This document shows, piece by piece, positions 1-9,084 of a DNA stretch of 64,000 bases. Both the position numbers and the translations under genes were made by a program. Below the pieces are notes generated by a model. That model did no database searches, was not told the origin of the DNA, and worked only from the letters and a program-made list of their open reading frames with translations. Source of the DNA: Candidatus Heimdallarchaeota archaeon (GTDB lineage: Archaea > Asgardarchaeota > Heimdallarchaeia > JABLTI01); the NCBI GenBank assembly GCA_019058275.1, contig JAHLVW010000047.1, forward strand, positions 31,996-95,995. The letters run 5' to 3'. The first letter of the stretch is position 1. Each line of letters begins with the position of its first letter.

Positions 1-1
1 A

Positions 2-496
2 AAAATCAGTACAGATAAAGGTTCAACAAATGTTCGAGTTGCTGTTAGTTCAAATGATCCTAGTTTAGCAAATATATTACAGTTCAAAGGAGATGTTGCT
101 ATTCTTTTTGGTAGAGAGGATTATGGATTAACAAATGAGGAAATAGAGTTTTGTGATATGTCCATTCATATACCAACCTCTGGCGATTATAAAGCTCTGA
201 ATCTAGCTCAATCTGTAGCAATTATTATCTATTCATTACATGTTTTAAAAGAGAGAATTGTTGACACTCATTATCGGGAAGCCAAAAAAGAAGAGAAGGA
301 TCTACTCATTGAATGGTTTGAAAAAGCTGTAAGTGTACTTGGGTATCATGAAAGGAAAAGCGAATTCTTGGTACGACGTTTCCGAAATATTATGGGAAGA
401 TCATTTGTTTCAGGAAAAGAAGCTGTTTCGTTAGTTGGCGTTTTCAGTCGATCTTACAAACGAATAAAGAAATGTGATGAAATGCATTCGAAGTAA
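2..496 (+). CDS. trmJ: SPOUT-family tRNA/rRNA methyltransferase (TrmJ/TrmH type), 5'-truncated by window edge
   Basis: Frame 2 is open from base 2 and reads VAILFGREDYGLTNEEIEFCD..IHIPT...ALNLAQSVAI, the TrmJ/SpoU signature motifs. Confidence 0.85.
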   Translation, partial: KISTDKGSTNVRVAVSSNDPSLANILQFKGDVAILFGREDYGLTNEEIEFCDMSIHIPTSGDYKALNLAQSVAIIIYSLHVLKERIVDTHYREAKKEEKDLLIEWFEKAVSVLGYHERKSEFLVRRFRNIMGRSFVSGKEAVSLVGVFSRSYKRIKKCDEMHSK

Positions 497-642
497 ACCA
501 AAAGCGATGAACTATTTACATTTGTTCTTTTTATTTGAGTAAGATTATTAACTCATTCAGAAGATAGTAATTCGATAATTATGACTTTCTTTTTGGTTTA
601 GTTTATCGTTTTATGCTAAAAACAAACGAAGAATGATGACTA

Positions 643-1962
643 ATGACTGTAGAAATAAGATCTTCACCAATGCCTATTTCAGAATATAAGCTTGGAATAG
701 TCTTTCGTTATTCACGAGCCAATATCTTTTCATATCATTCGTTAATTGGTGCTTTGGAAATTAATCCTCATCTTTCAGATATTCATGTTTTCATACCAAA
801 ACCAGAGGAGTTTCTACAGGAGATAAATCGTCTTTTAGATATTGAACAATTTAATAATTTGATTATTGGAATATCAGTTCACAGTTTTCAAATGAGTGAC
901 ATTCATCAATTACTTACCATACTAAATTCTCATCCAAAAAGAAACAGACTATTTATTATTGCTGGTGGTCCTCATCCATCTGCTCTTCCTGGTGAGCTTT
1001 TGAATAATGGTTGTGATGCAGTTGTTATAGGAGAGGGAGAGAAAACTTTTCCTGAATTAGTTTTAGCATTAAGAAACCATGATTTGATTACACGGCTTAA
1101 AGGAATTGCTTTTCTAAATAATGAAAGGGAAGTCGTTATACGACCAAAAAATAAACCTATTATTTTGGATGAGTATCCTCCTTTTGCACCAAATCATGAA
1201 CTTTATTCTGCTCTCGAGATAACTCGAGGTTGCAAATTTGATTGCACTTATTGTCAAGTACCTTCTCTATTTGGTAAGACAATACGTTATAGAAGCCCAG
1301 AAAATGCAATCAAATGGGGAAAATATCTCCTTAGTAAAAGAGAAACCTGGGACTTTCGATTTATTACACCAAATGCTTTTGGTTATGGTTCTAAAAAATC
1401 CTCCGAACCAAATGTTAGCTATATCAAAAAATTGCTTTCTGGTTTGAAGAAACTTGAAGCGAAAAAAAGACGTAGAATATATTTTGGAACATTTCCCTCA
1501 GAAGTTCGTCCTGAATCTGTAACAGAGGATACTTTGAATCTTACCAAGGAATACTGTGATAATGATAATTTAACTATGGGTGCACAATCTGGTAGTCCAA
1601 AAATTTTGAAGAAAATTAAAAGAGGGCACACAGTTGAGCAAGCTATCAATGCTGTAGATTTAGCAAATGATTTCGGTTTCGTTATGAACGTTGACTTTAT
1701 CTTAGGATTCCCAGAAGAGACTATTGAAGAACAATACGAAACAATAGATCTTTGCAAGCAACTTATTGCTAAAAATTGCAGAATTCACATGCATTATCTT
1801 ATACCATTACCCGGAACGAAATATTTCAATTCAAAACCAACATCAATAGCTCTGGAAATTTTGAAGACTATTAGAAAGTGGTCAAATGATGGAGTTATTT
1901 TTGGTTCATGGCAGCATCAATATGATCTTATAAGAAATAATACAAATGATAGTAAAAATTAG
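643..1962 (+). CDS. B12-binding domain / radical SAM protein (TIGR04013-like)
   Basis: IAGGPHPS and VVIGEGE B12-binding motifs; EITRGCKFDCTYC CxxxCxxC; FGTFPSEVRPE; GAQSGS. Confidence 0.85.
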   Translation: MTVEIRSSPMPISEYKLGIVFRYSRANIFSYHSLIGALEINPHLSDIHVFIPKPEEFLQEINRLLDIEQFNNLIIGISVHSFQMSDIHQLLTILNSHPKRNRLFIIAGGPHPSALPGELLNNGCDAVVIGEGEKTFPELVLALRNHDLITRLKGIAFLNNEREVVIRPKNKPIILDEYPPFAPNHELYSALEITRGCKFDCTYCQVPSLFGKTIRYRSPENAIKWGKYLLSKRETWDFRFITPNAFGYGSKKSSEPNVSYIKKLLSGLKKLEAKKRRRIYFGTFPSEVRPESVTEDTLNLTKEYCDNDNLTMGAQSGSPKILKKIKRGHTVEQAINAVDLANDFGFVMNVDFILGFPEETIEEQYETIDLCKQLIAKNCRIHMHYLIPLPGTKYFNSKPTSIALEILKTIRKWSNDGVIFGSWQHQYDLIRNNTNDSKN

Positions 1963-1973
1963 AATTCTATTTG

Positions 1974-2339
1974 TTATTTTTCATTTTCGTCTGAGGAATC
2001 ATCATCATCAATGATTATTAACCTAGTGTTTTCAGTATTTTCTTCTTCTTGCCACATGCTCTTCATTCTGCGCTCATATTCTTTCTTCCGATATTTTTTG
2101 TCTCTTAACAATTGAATATAAACTTCTCTTCCTTCTCCAGAAAGAGAGTACATCACACCAGCATGACAAGTAATGATTTTATAATTTCTAAACTCTCTCA
2201 AAATAGAATTAATTGTTAATGGGCTTAGATCTGTCAGTTCAACTATCTCAAACTTGTTTATAATATCATTATCCCCTATTGCTCTGAGAACATCGCGACG
2301 AGCTTGAGAGCGTATTGGATCTCTTTTATAGTCAGTCAT
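1974..2339 (-). CDS. winged-helix DNA-binding protein
   Basis: EIVELTDLSPLTINSILREF...YSLSGEGREV wHTH pattern; acidic tail. Confidence 0.6.
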   Translation of the reverse strand: MTDYKRDPIRSQARRDVLRAIGDNDIINKFEIVELTDLSPLTINSILREFRNYKIITCHAGVMYSLSGEGREVYIQLLRDKKYRKKEYERRMKSMWQEEENTENTRLIIIDDDDSSDENEK

Positions 2340-2452
2340 TTTTCAACAAGATCCCTGAGTAGAGAATTATATAATCCTCTACAGCAATTTTATTTAAACT
2401 TCAACTTTCATGCAATTTACTAATTATCTCTTCTTTATAGCTCTTCTTGTTT

Positions 2453-4768
2453 TTAATTTTTCTTAATAATGAATTCAGATTCGTGCTTCTTTGGACATGC
2501 TGCGAAAATTATGAGATTCTCCTTGGTAAACAAATCAATTTTTGTTGGAACAAGGGTTTCTGAACCACACTTTGAACATTTGATTTCCAAAACATCTTCT
2601 TCCTCTTCTTCATCACCGAAACCGATGATAGTATCTTCGTGACCTTTTTCACATCTAACTTTAAGAACATCTAACCCAAGCATTTCATTATATTCTCCTT
2701 GTTGCCAAACGATTTTGCTACTACACTTCTTGCAAACCAATTCTGACTCTTCCTTTCCTTTCTGTTCTATTACTGACTCTAAGGAAATGTTGCTTATTAA
2801 TTCATCATGTTTCAAACCAAAATTAGCTAGCTCCATGCCTTCACCTATGTGAACTTTATTCATATCTTTCATTATAAGCGTTAAATCGTTGGAATGTTCT
2901 GCGAGAATTCCATCAAGCAATTTGGAGTATTCCTTAATAGCTTGTTCTAATCTTGTTATTATCTCTGTTAGTGTTATTTTGCTACTAATTGCATCCTTAC
3001 TTATAGATTTCAGAAGCTTCTGTAAAGCAGTTAATGCTTCTGATTTTACTGAGAATTTTTTCAAATCCTTGACATATTCATTTATAGCTATTCCAGTGTC
3101 TTTAGCTAAGTTAATTGCGAATTTCTCTAAATCATTCATTGCTTTATTTGCTTGTTTTACAGTAGGTTTGTAAGAAGGTCTAATGTATCTAGCAATTTTA
3201 CCTTCTAGATTGGGGTTAATACTAACGCCAAGTCCTTCTGAAAATTTATCTTCAAATTCAGAAATTGCTTTTGCTGCTTGAGCTAAACTTCCCTTAAGTA
3301 TCCCTTCTACAGTTTTTAGAGGTCCAAAATCATCAAGATTAACTGAACTTATTTTTACTAATGAATCATCAGATGGAATATCTATAGTATCAGTTTGTCC
3401 TAATATCTTGTTGATATTCTTGATTTTCTTAACAAATTTTTCTTGGGTTGTTACAATATCAGTGGCAATTTCCTTGAGAAGCAAATCGATATTCTTTCTA
3501 TAATCAAGTAGTCCTGGAAAAGCATCAACAATATCAACAAGGCTATTTGGATCTAAACAATTCCCCTTTGTTTCAGCAATCTCATCAAGGATTTTCTTTG
3601 TACTCTTACTTGGGGGAACTTGTTTTATAAACTCGTTTAATTTCTCTTCAATACTACCGTAAGTACCCTCAAAAGCTGATGTAGCCATTGCTGTTGCTTC
3701 TCGTATAATTTTCTCATCATTGACAAGCTTCTCATGTGGATCTTCTGCAACGACATCCACAGTTCTAACAAGAAACTTAGCTGCAGAAATAACCTTTTCA
3801 GAAGATTCTTTCATTTTTGAAAAACTAGTAGAGTTCATATGTATCTCTAGTTTGTACAATTTCTCGATATTCGTGATTAATTCACTAATATCTTTATCTA
3901 ATTCGGATTTTATCTGTTGGATATATGTTTGTCTGGTATCACTAAGTCTATCGTCAATTTTTCGAATAAATTTCAATGCTTTTGTGAATGCTTTGAAACC
4001 ATCTTTAAGCCAATTATCTATTGTTTCATTGACTTTTGAACAGTTTTCTTTTATGAAATCATCAAAGGCAGGACTAGCACGATAATTATTTAGCTTAGTT
4101 TGGAAACGATCATAAACATCTTCAAAAGCTTTAGAATGTGTTTTGAACCCTCGAGTAATGTAGTTTTCAGCTTTTTCAATAATTTCATGATATTTCTCAC
4201 GATATGCTTGTGTATAAACAACTTGTTCATCTCTACTAACTAAACCTTTCTTTGTTTTGGAATGGGTTCTAATTTCTTCCTCTAAAAGATCTATTTGATG
4301 TTTAATGTCAAGAATTTCCTTTTCAAACTTCACAATCGGAAAACCCAATTTAAGCTTCATATCTATAAGCATAGCTTCAACAGAACCATTTATTGTTCGT
4401 AAAATAATAGGTACATCATTAAGTGTAAGAAGAGCATTTTTTCCAATTTGATCAGTGTTTTTTGGTAAAACACCAATAAAAGATCTATCAATTCTTTTTC
4501 CTTGCATTTTTATTTGCTGAGTTTCTTCAAGAAACTTCAAATTTTCTTTAGCAGACTGTGCAAAATTCTCTATCTTTTCCCAAGATTGACTTTTCTTCTC
4601 TTTTTTTAGTTCCCCGATGAAATGGATTAAAGCAGGAAAGTCTTCTCCTTCAAAAGCAGACTTATCACCCATCGCCATAGAAGCTAATCGATCAATTTCA
4701 CGCACAATTTCATCGAGTTCGCCTAAAATAGTATTCCAATCATCTTTTTCAATAGTTGATTCTGACAT
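2453..4768 (-). CDS. large helical/coiled-coil protein with two C-terminal CxxC...CxxxH zinc ribbons
   Basis: 771-aa ORF of amphipathic helices; CKKC...CEKGH and CSKC...CPKKH at the C-terminus. Confidence 0.65.
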   Translation of the reverse strand: MSESTIEKDDWNTILGELDEIVREIDRLASMAMGDKSAFEGEDFPALIHFIGELKKEKKSQSWEKIENFAQSAKENLKFLEETQQIKMQGKRIDRSFIGVLPKNTDQIGKNALLTLNDVPIILRTINGSVEAMLIDMKLKLGFPIVKFEKEILDIKHQIDLLEEEIRTHSKTKKGLVSRDEQVVYTQAYREKYHEIIEKAENYITRGFKTHSKAFEDVYDRFQTKLNNYRASPAFDDFIKENCSKVNETIDNWLKDGFKAFTKALKFIRKIDDRLSDTRQTYIQQIKSELDKDISELITNIEKLYKLEIHMNSTSFSKMKESSEKVISAAKFLVRTVDVVAEDPHEKLVNDEKIIREATAMATSAFEGTYGSIEEKLNEFIKQVPPSKSTKKILDEIAETKGNCLDPNSLVDIVDAFPGLLDYRKNIDLLLKEIATDIVTTQEKFVKKIKNINKILGQTDTIDIPSDDSLVKISSVNLDDFGPLKTVEGILKGSLAQAAKAISEFEDKFSEGLGVSINPNLEGKIARYIRPSYKPTVKQANKAMNDLEKFAINLAKDTGIAINEYVKDLKKFSVKSEALTALQKLLKSISKDAISSKITLTEIITRLEQAIKEYSKLLDGILAEHSNDLTLIMKDMNKVHIGEGMELANFGLKHDELISNISLESVIEQKGKEESELVCKKCSSKIVWQQGEYNEMLGLDVLKVRCEKGHEDTIIGFGDEEEEEDVLEIKCSKCGSETLVPTKIDLFTKENLIIFAACPKKHESEFIIKKN

Positions 4769-4935
4769 TTTTCTAACCCTTTTTATTGTAAAATTTATCC
4801 CTATTATTCTATTATCTAAAGTAATGGAAAATAGCTATTGTTTTATTAATTATTTGGAAAAGGTATTAATATTTTAGTTGTTATCATTAATTAACTACCC
4901 GCAGATTTTATAATGGGTGACGGGGGTATATTTTA

Positions 4936-7314
4936 TTGTCTACAGATGAACAAATTAAATGTCAATCATGTGGAGCTATGGTGGCTAAAGGTCGTTTTTG
5001 TCCAAAGTGCGGTGCTATTCTTGGTGCTACGGAACTAGATGAAGTCAAAGATCAACTCGATAGACTAAATGAAATCAAGGATTTAACTAGCCAATTAAGA
5101 GCTAAAGTCCTTGATAAATTATCAATTGACTCCGAAAAACTTCTTCTTGCTTTTAGAGAAGAATTTTCTATTTTACATAGTCGCTTTGAAACTAAACACA
5201 AACAATTGTCAAAGAAATCATCAAAAAAGACCGCTAAGACGGAAACTACAGAAGGAGACAGAATAAATTGCAGAAGTTGTGGAGCGTCAGTTCCCAATAT
5301 TCGTTTCTGCAAAGAATGTGGCTCACAACTTCATGCAACACCACTTGATGAACTTAATGATTTAGCTAATAAACTAAATAATTTGGCTTTAATTTTCAGT
5401 AATTTCAAAGATTCCATTCAAAAGGATTTAGCTGATGATGAATTGGAACTTGCAAACAATATAGTTGTTCTTTTGAACCATTTCATTAACAGAATTAATG
5501 CAAAACGAAATGCTTTAGCAAAAACATTAGATGTACCAGTACCTGCTAGAAGACCAAAGGAGGTAAAAGTTGCTCCTGTTGGAGAACCTGGGGCTGAAGC
5601 AATGTTAGTAGAACCAGGTATAAAACAGCCAACTATTTGGTCAAATATTGAGAAGAATCTCTTAAATTATTGGTTCTTTTATCTAGCAATTATTCTCTTT
5701 AGCATCGGTGTCACACTTACAATCTACTTTGTAGTAGTTACATTAGATTCCAAAGTTTACCAGCTAGTTGTCATTTATGTAATAGGGTTCGTAATTATAC
5801 TTATAGGTCAGTTGATAACCTCAGGATTACGATGGCGTGCAAAGAAGAAACTTGCTGTGAAAAAGCAAGAAGTTGATTACAAACCAGGAGATACCATTGA
5901 AAGTGGAAAAGATAATAGAGTTACTGAAGAAAGAAGATTGCCTGTTCCTCAAATAACATCAGTAATCATCTTTATCGGATTTATTGTATTATTTGTTGGA
6001 GGCTTTGTAGGTTTAGCAGCCTATCAAAGTTTACTCATTCCAAAATTTCTTTTCTTATTAATTAGCTACGGAATATGTTTAGCTTCTATTGGACTTGGTG
6101 TATTAAACAATTCAGAAATGTTAATGCTGACAGGATTTATTCCTGCAATAATATTTACAGCGATTGATATTCTCTGGGAAATTGGTGGATCAGGTACTTC
6201 AAGCCTTGGAAGTGTTGGCAGCTTATTTGGATTTACACTACCAATAGTCTTTGCAGCTTTAGTTGCAATTTTCTTCAGTAAATGGTGGGGATCAGTTGTA
6301 ACAATGTCAGTTACACCGTTCCTACTAATGATACCCAAAATAAGTTCGCAAGTTGGATTGGAATTTATACCATTAATGCTTATACCAATAATGGTTGTAT
6401 TTGTAGTTCGATTTAGCAAAGATAAGATTCCTCTCCCAATAAGAAGGTCCTTAACAATTATGTCCATGCTCTTTCCATCTATTGTCTTATTTGTGTTAGC
6501 ATATCCATATGCAATTTATCAAACAGAACCAGCTTGGTCTAGAATCTATCCGTTTGAAATCTTCATAAGTTGTCTTGCAATCTTAGGAGTTTCATTTTAC
6601 TATAGATTTATTCAAGAAGAGTATCTTGAGATCAAGTCTGATCAACATTATATATGGATAGTCGGACAGATATTTGTCGGAGCAATATCTGTCTTCGCAA
6701 TAGCTGTCAATGATACACCTGTAACTACAGCACTATTCTTTGCTTCATATTTCATATTTGGAATACTTAGTGTACTGAAAATTATGAAAAAACATTTCAA
6801 TATTGCAAGTGCAATTGTATCATTTATCTTCGCAGAACTTCAAGCAATTCTATTATTAACTTTGAATAATCCTACAAGTATAGCACAAGATGTATTGTAC
6901 TATATTCTAGGAATATCATTCCTCCTATTAACAATAGTAAGTATTTTCATATCAAAAGTATTCATAGAATCTACAGCTCTATATACAATATGGTCAATTG
7001 TTTCAGGAGTAAATATAATTCTCCTAGGTTTACTTGGAACATTAAATGCTTTGTACGCTTTCTCAGGAATAATTTTGCTTCTAGTAACATCTCTGATAGT
7101 AAACTTACCTATAATAATTCCTCACATTAAAGAATGGAGGATGTACTCTATTGTCTCGTTGATTGTCAATGCAATAGTAATCAGCATCTTTCTACTGACT
7201 GGCAGCCTCAATTTGTTTGCTTATGAATCTCTAATTATTTTTGTGATCTTCATAGTAATCAACGTCTCAGCGTTTTTCGATTGGAAAGTAAAGGAGGTTA
7301 AAGTACTTGAATAA
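4936..7314 (+). CDS. polytopic membrane protein with two N-terminal double zinc ribbons (DUF2339-like membrane region)
   Basis: CQSCG..FCPKCG and CRSCG..FCKECG; many hydrophobic segments after about aa 240; TTG start. Confidence 0.65.
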   Translation: MSTDEQIKCQSCGAMVAKGRFCPKCGAILGATELDEVKDQLDRLNEIKDLTSQLRAKVLDKLSIDSEKLLLAFREEFSILHSRFETKHKQLSKKSSKKTAKTETTEGDRINCRSCGASVPNIRFCKECGSQLHATPLDELNDLANKLNNLALIFSNFKDSIQKDLADDELELANNIVVLLNHFINRINAKRNALAKTLDVPVPARRPKEVKVAPVGEPGAEAMLVEPGIKQPTIWSNIEKNLLNYWFFYLAIILFSIGVTLTIYFVVVTLDSKVYQLVVIYVIGFVIILIGQLITSGLRWRAKKKLAVKKQEVDYKPGDTIESGKDNRVTEERRLPVPQITSVIIFIGFIVLFVGGFVGLAAYQSLLIPKFLFLLISYGICLASIGLGVLNNSEMLMLTGFIPAIIFTAIDILWEIGGSGTSSLGSVGSLFGFTLPIVFAALVAIFFSKWWGSVVTMSVTPFLLMIPKISSQVGLEFIPLMLIPIMVVFVVRFSKDKIPLPIRRSLTIMSMLFPSIVLFVLAYPYAIYQTEPAWSRIYPFEIFISCLAILGVSFYYRFIQEEYLEIKSDQHYIWIVGQIFVGAISVFAIAVNDTPVTTALFFASYFIFGILSVLKIMKKHFNIASAIVSFIFAELQAILLLTLNNPTSIAQDVLYYILGISFLLLTIVSIFISKVFIESTALYTIWSIVSGVNIILLGLLGTLNALYAFSGIILLLVTSLIVNLPIIIPHIKEWRMYSIVSLIVNAIVISIFLLTGSLNLFAYESLIIFVIFIVINVSAFFDWKVKEVKVLE

Positions 7315-8947
7315 AGCTAAAAACGTTTCAGTAAAAGAGGAACAAAGATCACAATTTGAAGAAGCAGAAAAACAAGGTAAATTAGTTGTCCACAAAATTA
7401 CTCACCAAGTTATTGCATTAACAATTATTCATTTACTATACATTGTATTTGAAGCCTATAATGCATTTAATGAATCTTGGGTATCAGCTATAATCTATGG
7501 AGTAATTGCACTTGGTACAGTCGGATTTATTTGGTTGCAAAAAGATAATGCCAAATATCTAATACCAATTCCATTCATATCGCTATGTGTTATTGGAGGT
7601 ATTTTAGAAAATACTATTGTGATAACTACTATTTTCGGTGCTTATTGTATATTCTTCTATACCTTATTATTCTTTGAAAGAAAAACAACAGAGACTCTAG
7701 TTACAAACCTGTTTTCAGCTTTAACATTGCTTATCCTAACATCATTTATGTTATTTGATCAAGGATTTGTAAAAGTAGATTACATTGTTAATGTTGTTTC
7801 AGGAATTTGGCTCTTATGGGGCATAATCGTTTCAGCAGTTACTATTAGACACAAAGATAATTTTGGAATTCGTCTAGGTTATAGCATTGTTTTAACTTTG
7901 CTATGCTCAGTAGGACCATTTATCAAACCCGAAGGTATGCCTAACTCTAACCTATTTACATTAACTTGTGGCATTTTGTTTCTAATGGTTGCTATAATAT
8001 CAGTTGTACTCTTCTTTACAGAAGAATTCAATATGGGTAAATTCTTTGGAGTTATTGCTCCAATACTTGCCAGTATTGTGATATTCTCTTATTCATTTGC
8101 TTACAATTTCACATGGATTTCATCAATTCTAAATAAAGCATTTATTGTTGACTATGCACTTTTCATACCATTAGCACTATTTACTATGATCATTATTATA
8201 ATGAGATTCTACGAGAAACCAGATACTGAAGAACTTAGAACACTATCTGATGAAAGACGGAAGAAGAAGATCAATAATGATATGATTCTTTTTGGTATTT
8301 TTATTGGATTTATTATTGCCTCTATGGTAATGCTAGCTACTAATTGGAAATTTAATTGTATTAAAGGACTAGTAGTTTCTATTGCTTTCTTAGGCGCGAC
8401 AATTCCACTAAACATTCGTGTGACAACAACAAGCTCGCTTGTATCAACATTTCTATTCTTAGGATTAGTCCTCTCCAATGTTGAAAAATTACAGACAAAA
8501 TACATTTATATAATTCTATTAGCCATTTCTTCCACAATTCTACTATTTGCTATTGTTAATGAGTTGTTCCTACTTGGTGAACCATTAACAACGACTTTGT
8601 CAATTGTTTCAGCACTTGTTGGAATGGTTACAAGTATTTTATACTTCTATTCTGAAGATGTGCCTTTTAAGGTGATATGGACTAGCATTTCTTGGGCAAT
8701 TATTGGTATCATTTTGTTCGCTTATGGAATCATATTTAACAAAATATTTCTAAGAAGAAGTGGTTTAGCAATAATATTGTTTGATATTGTCTATTCTATA
8801 ATCACTATCAGTATAACATATCGTGGTTGGCAAATGGGTGTAGCCTTCATAATCCTAGCAATGGTATTAATGGGATGTATCTACTTATTCCGTTGGTCAG
8901 AAAAGAAAACCTCTACAGAAGAAGAACAAGAAACAATACTAGAATAA
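7307..8947 (+). CDS. polytopic membrane protein (DUF2339-like C-terminus), coupled to upstream gene
   Basis: Overlaps upstream stop by 8 nt; TSISWAIIGIILFAYG...LRRSGLAI C-terminal pattern; many TM segments. Confidence 0.6.
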   Translation: MNKAKNVSVKEEQRSQFEEAEKQGKLVVHKITHQVIALTIIHLLYIVFEAYNAFNESWVSAIIYGVIALGTVGFIWLQKDNAKYLIPIPFISLCVIGGILENTIVITTIFGAYCIFFYTLLFFERKTTETLVTNLFSALTLLILTSFMLFDQGFVKVDYIVNVVSGIWLLWGIIVSAVTIRHKDNFGIRLGYSIVLTLLCSVGPFIKPEGMPNSNLFTLTCGILFLMVAIISVVLFFTEEFNMGKFFGVIAPILASIVIFSYSFAYNFTWISSILNKAFIVDYALFIPLALFTMIIIIMRFYEKPDTEELRTLSDERRKKKINNDMILFGIFIGFIIASMVMLATNWKFNCIKGLVVSIAFLGATIPLNIRVTTTSSLVSTFLFLGLVLSNVEKLQTKYIYIILLAISSTILLFAIVNELFLLGEPLTTTLSIVSALVGMVTSILYFYSEDVPFKVIWTSISWAIIGIILFAYGIIFNKIFLRRSGLAIILFDIVYSIITISITYRGWQMGVAFIILAMVLMGCIYLFRWSEKKTSTEEEQETILE

Positions 8948-9084
8948 TTTTCTTTAAAGAATGTTGGGTAATACTTTTTTACCCTTTTTTTTATTTTCTA
9001 ATCATCATTTCTCTTTGTTCATAGAGAAAGAAACTATTAAAAACCAAGAGAAAAAGGAACACTAGAAAAAATTATATAGCTTTC

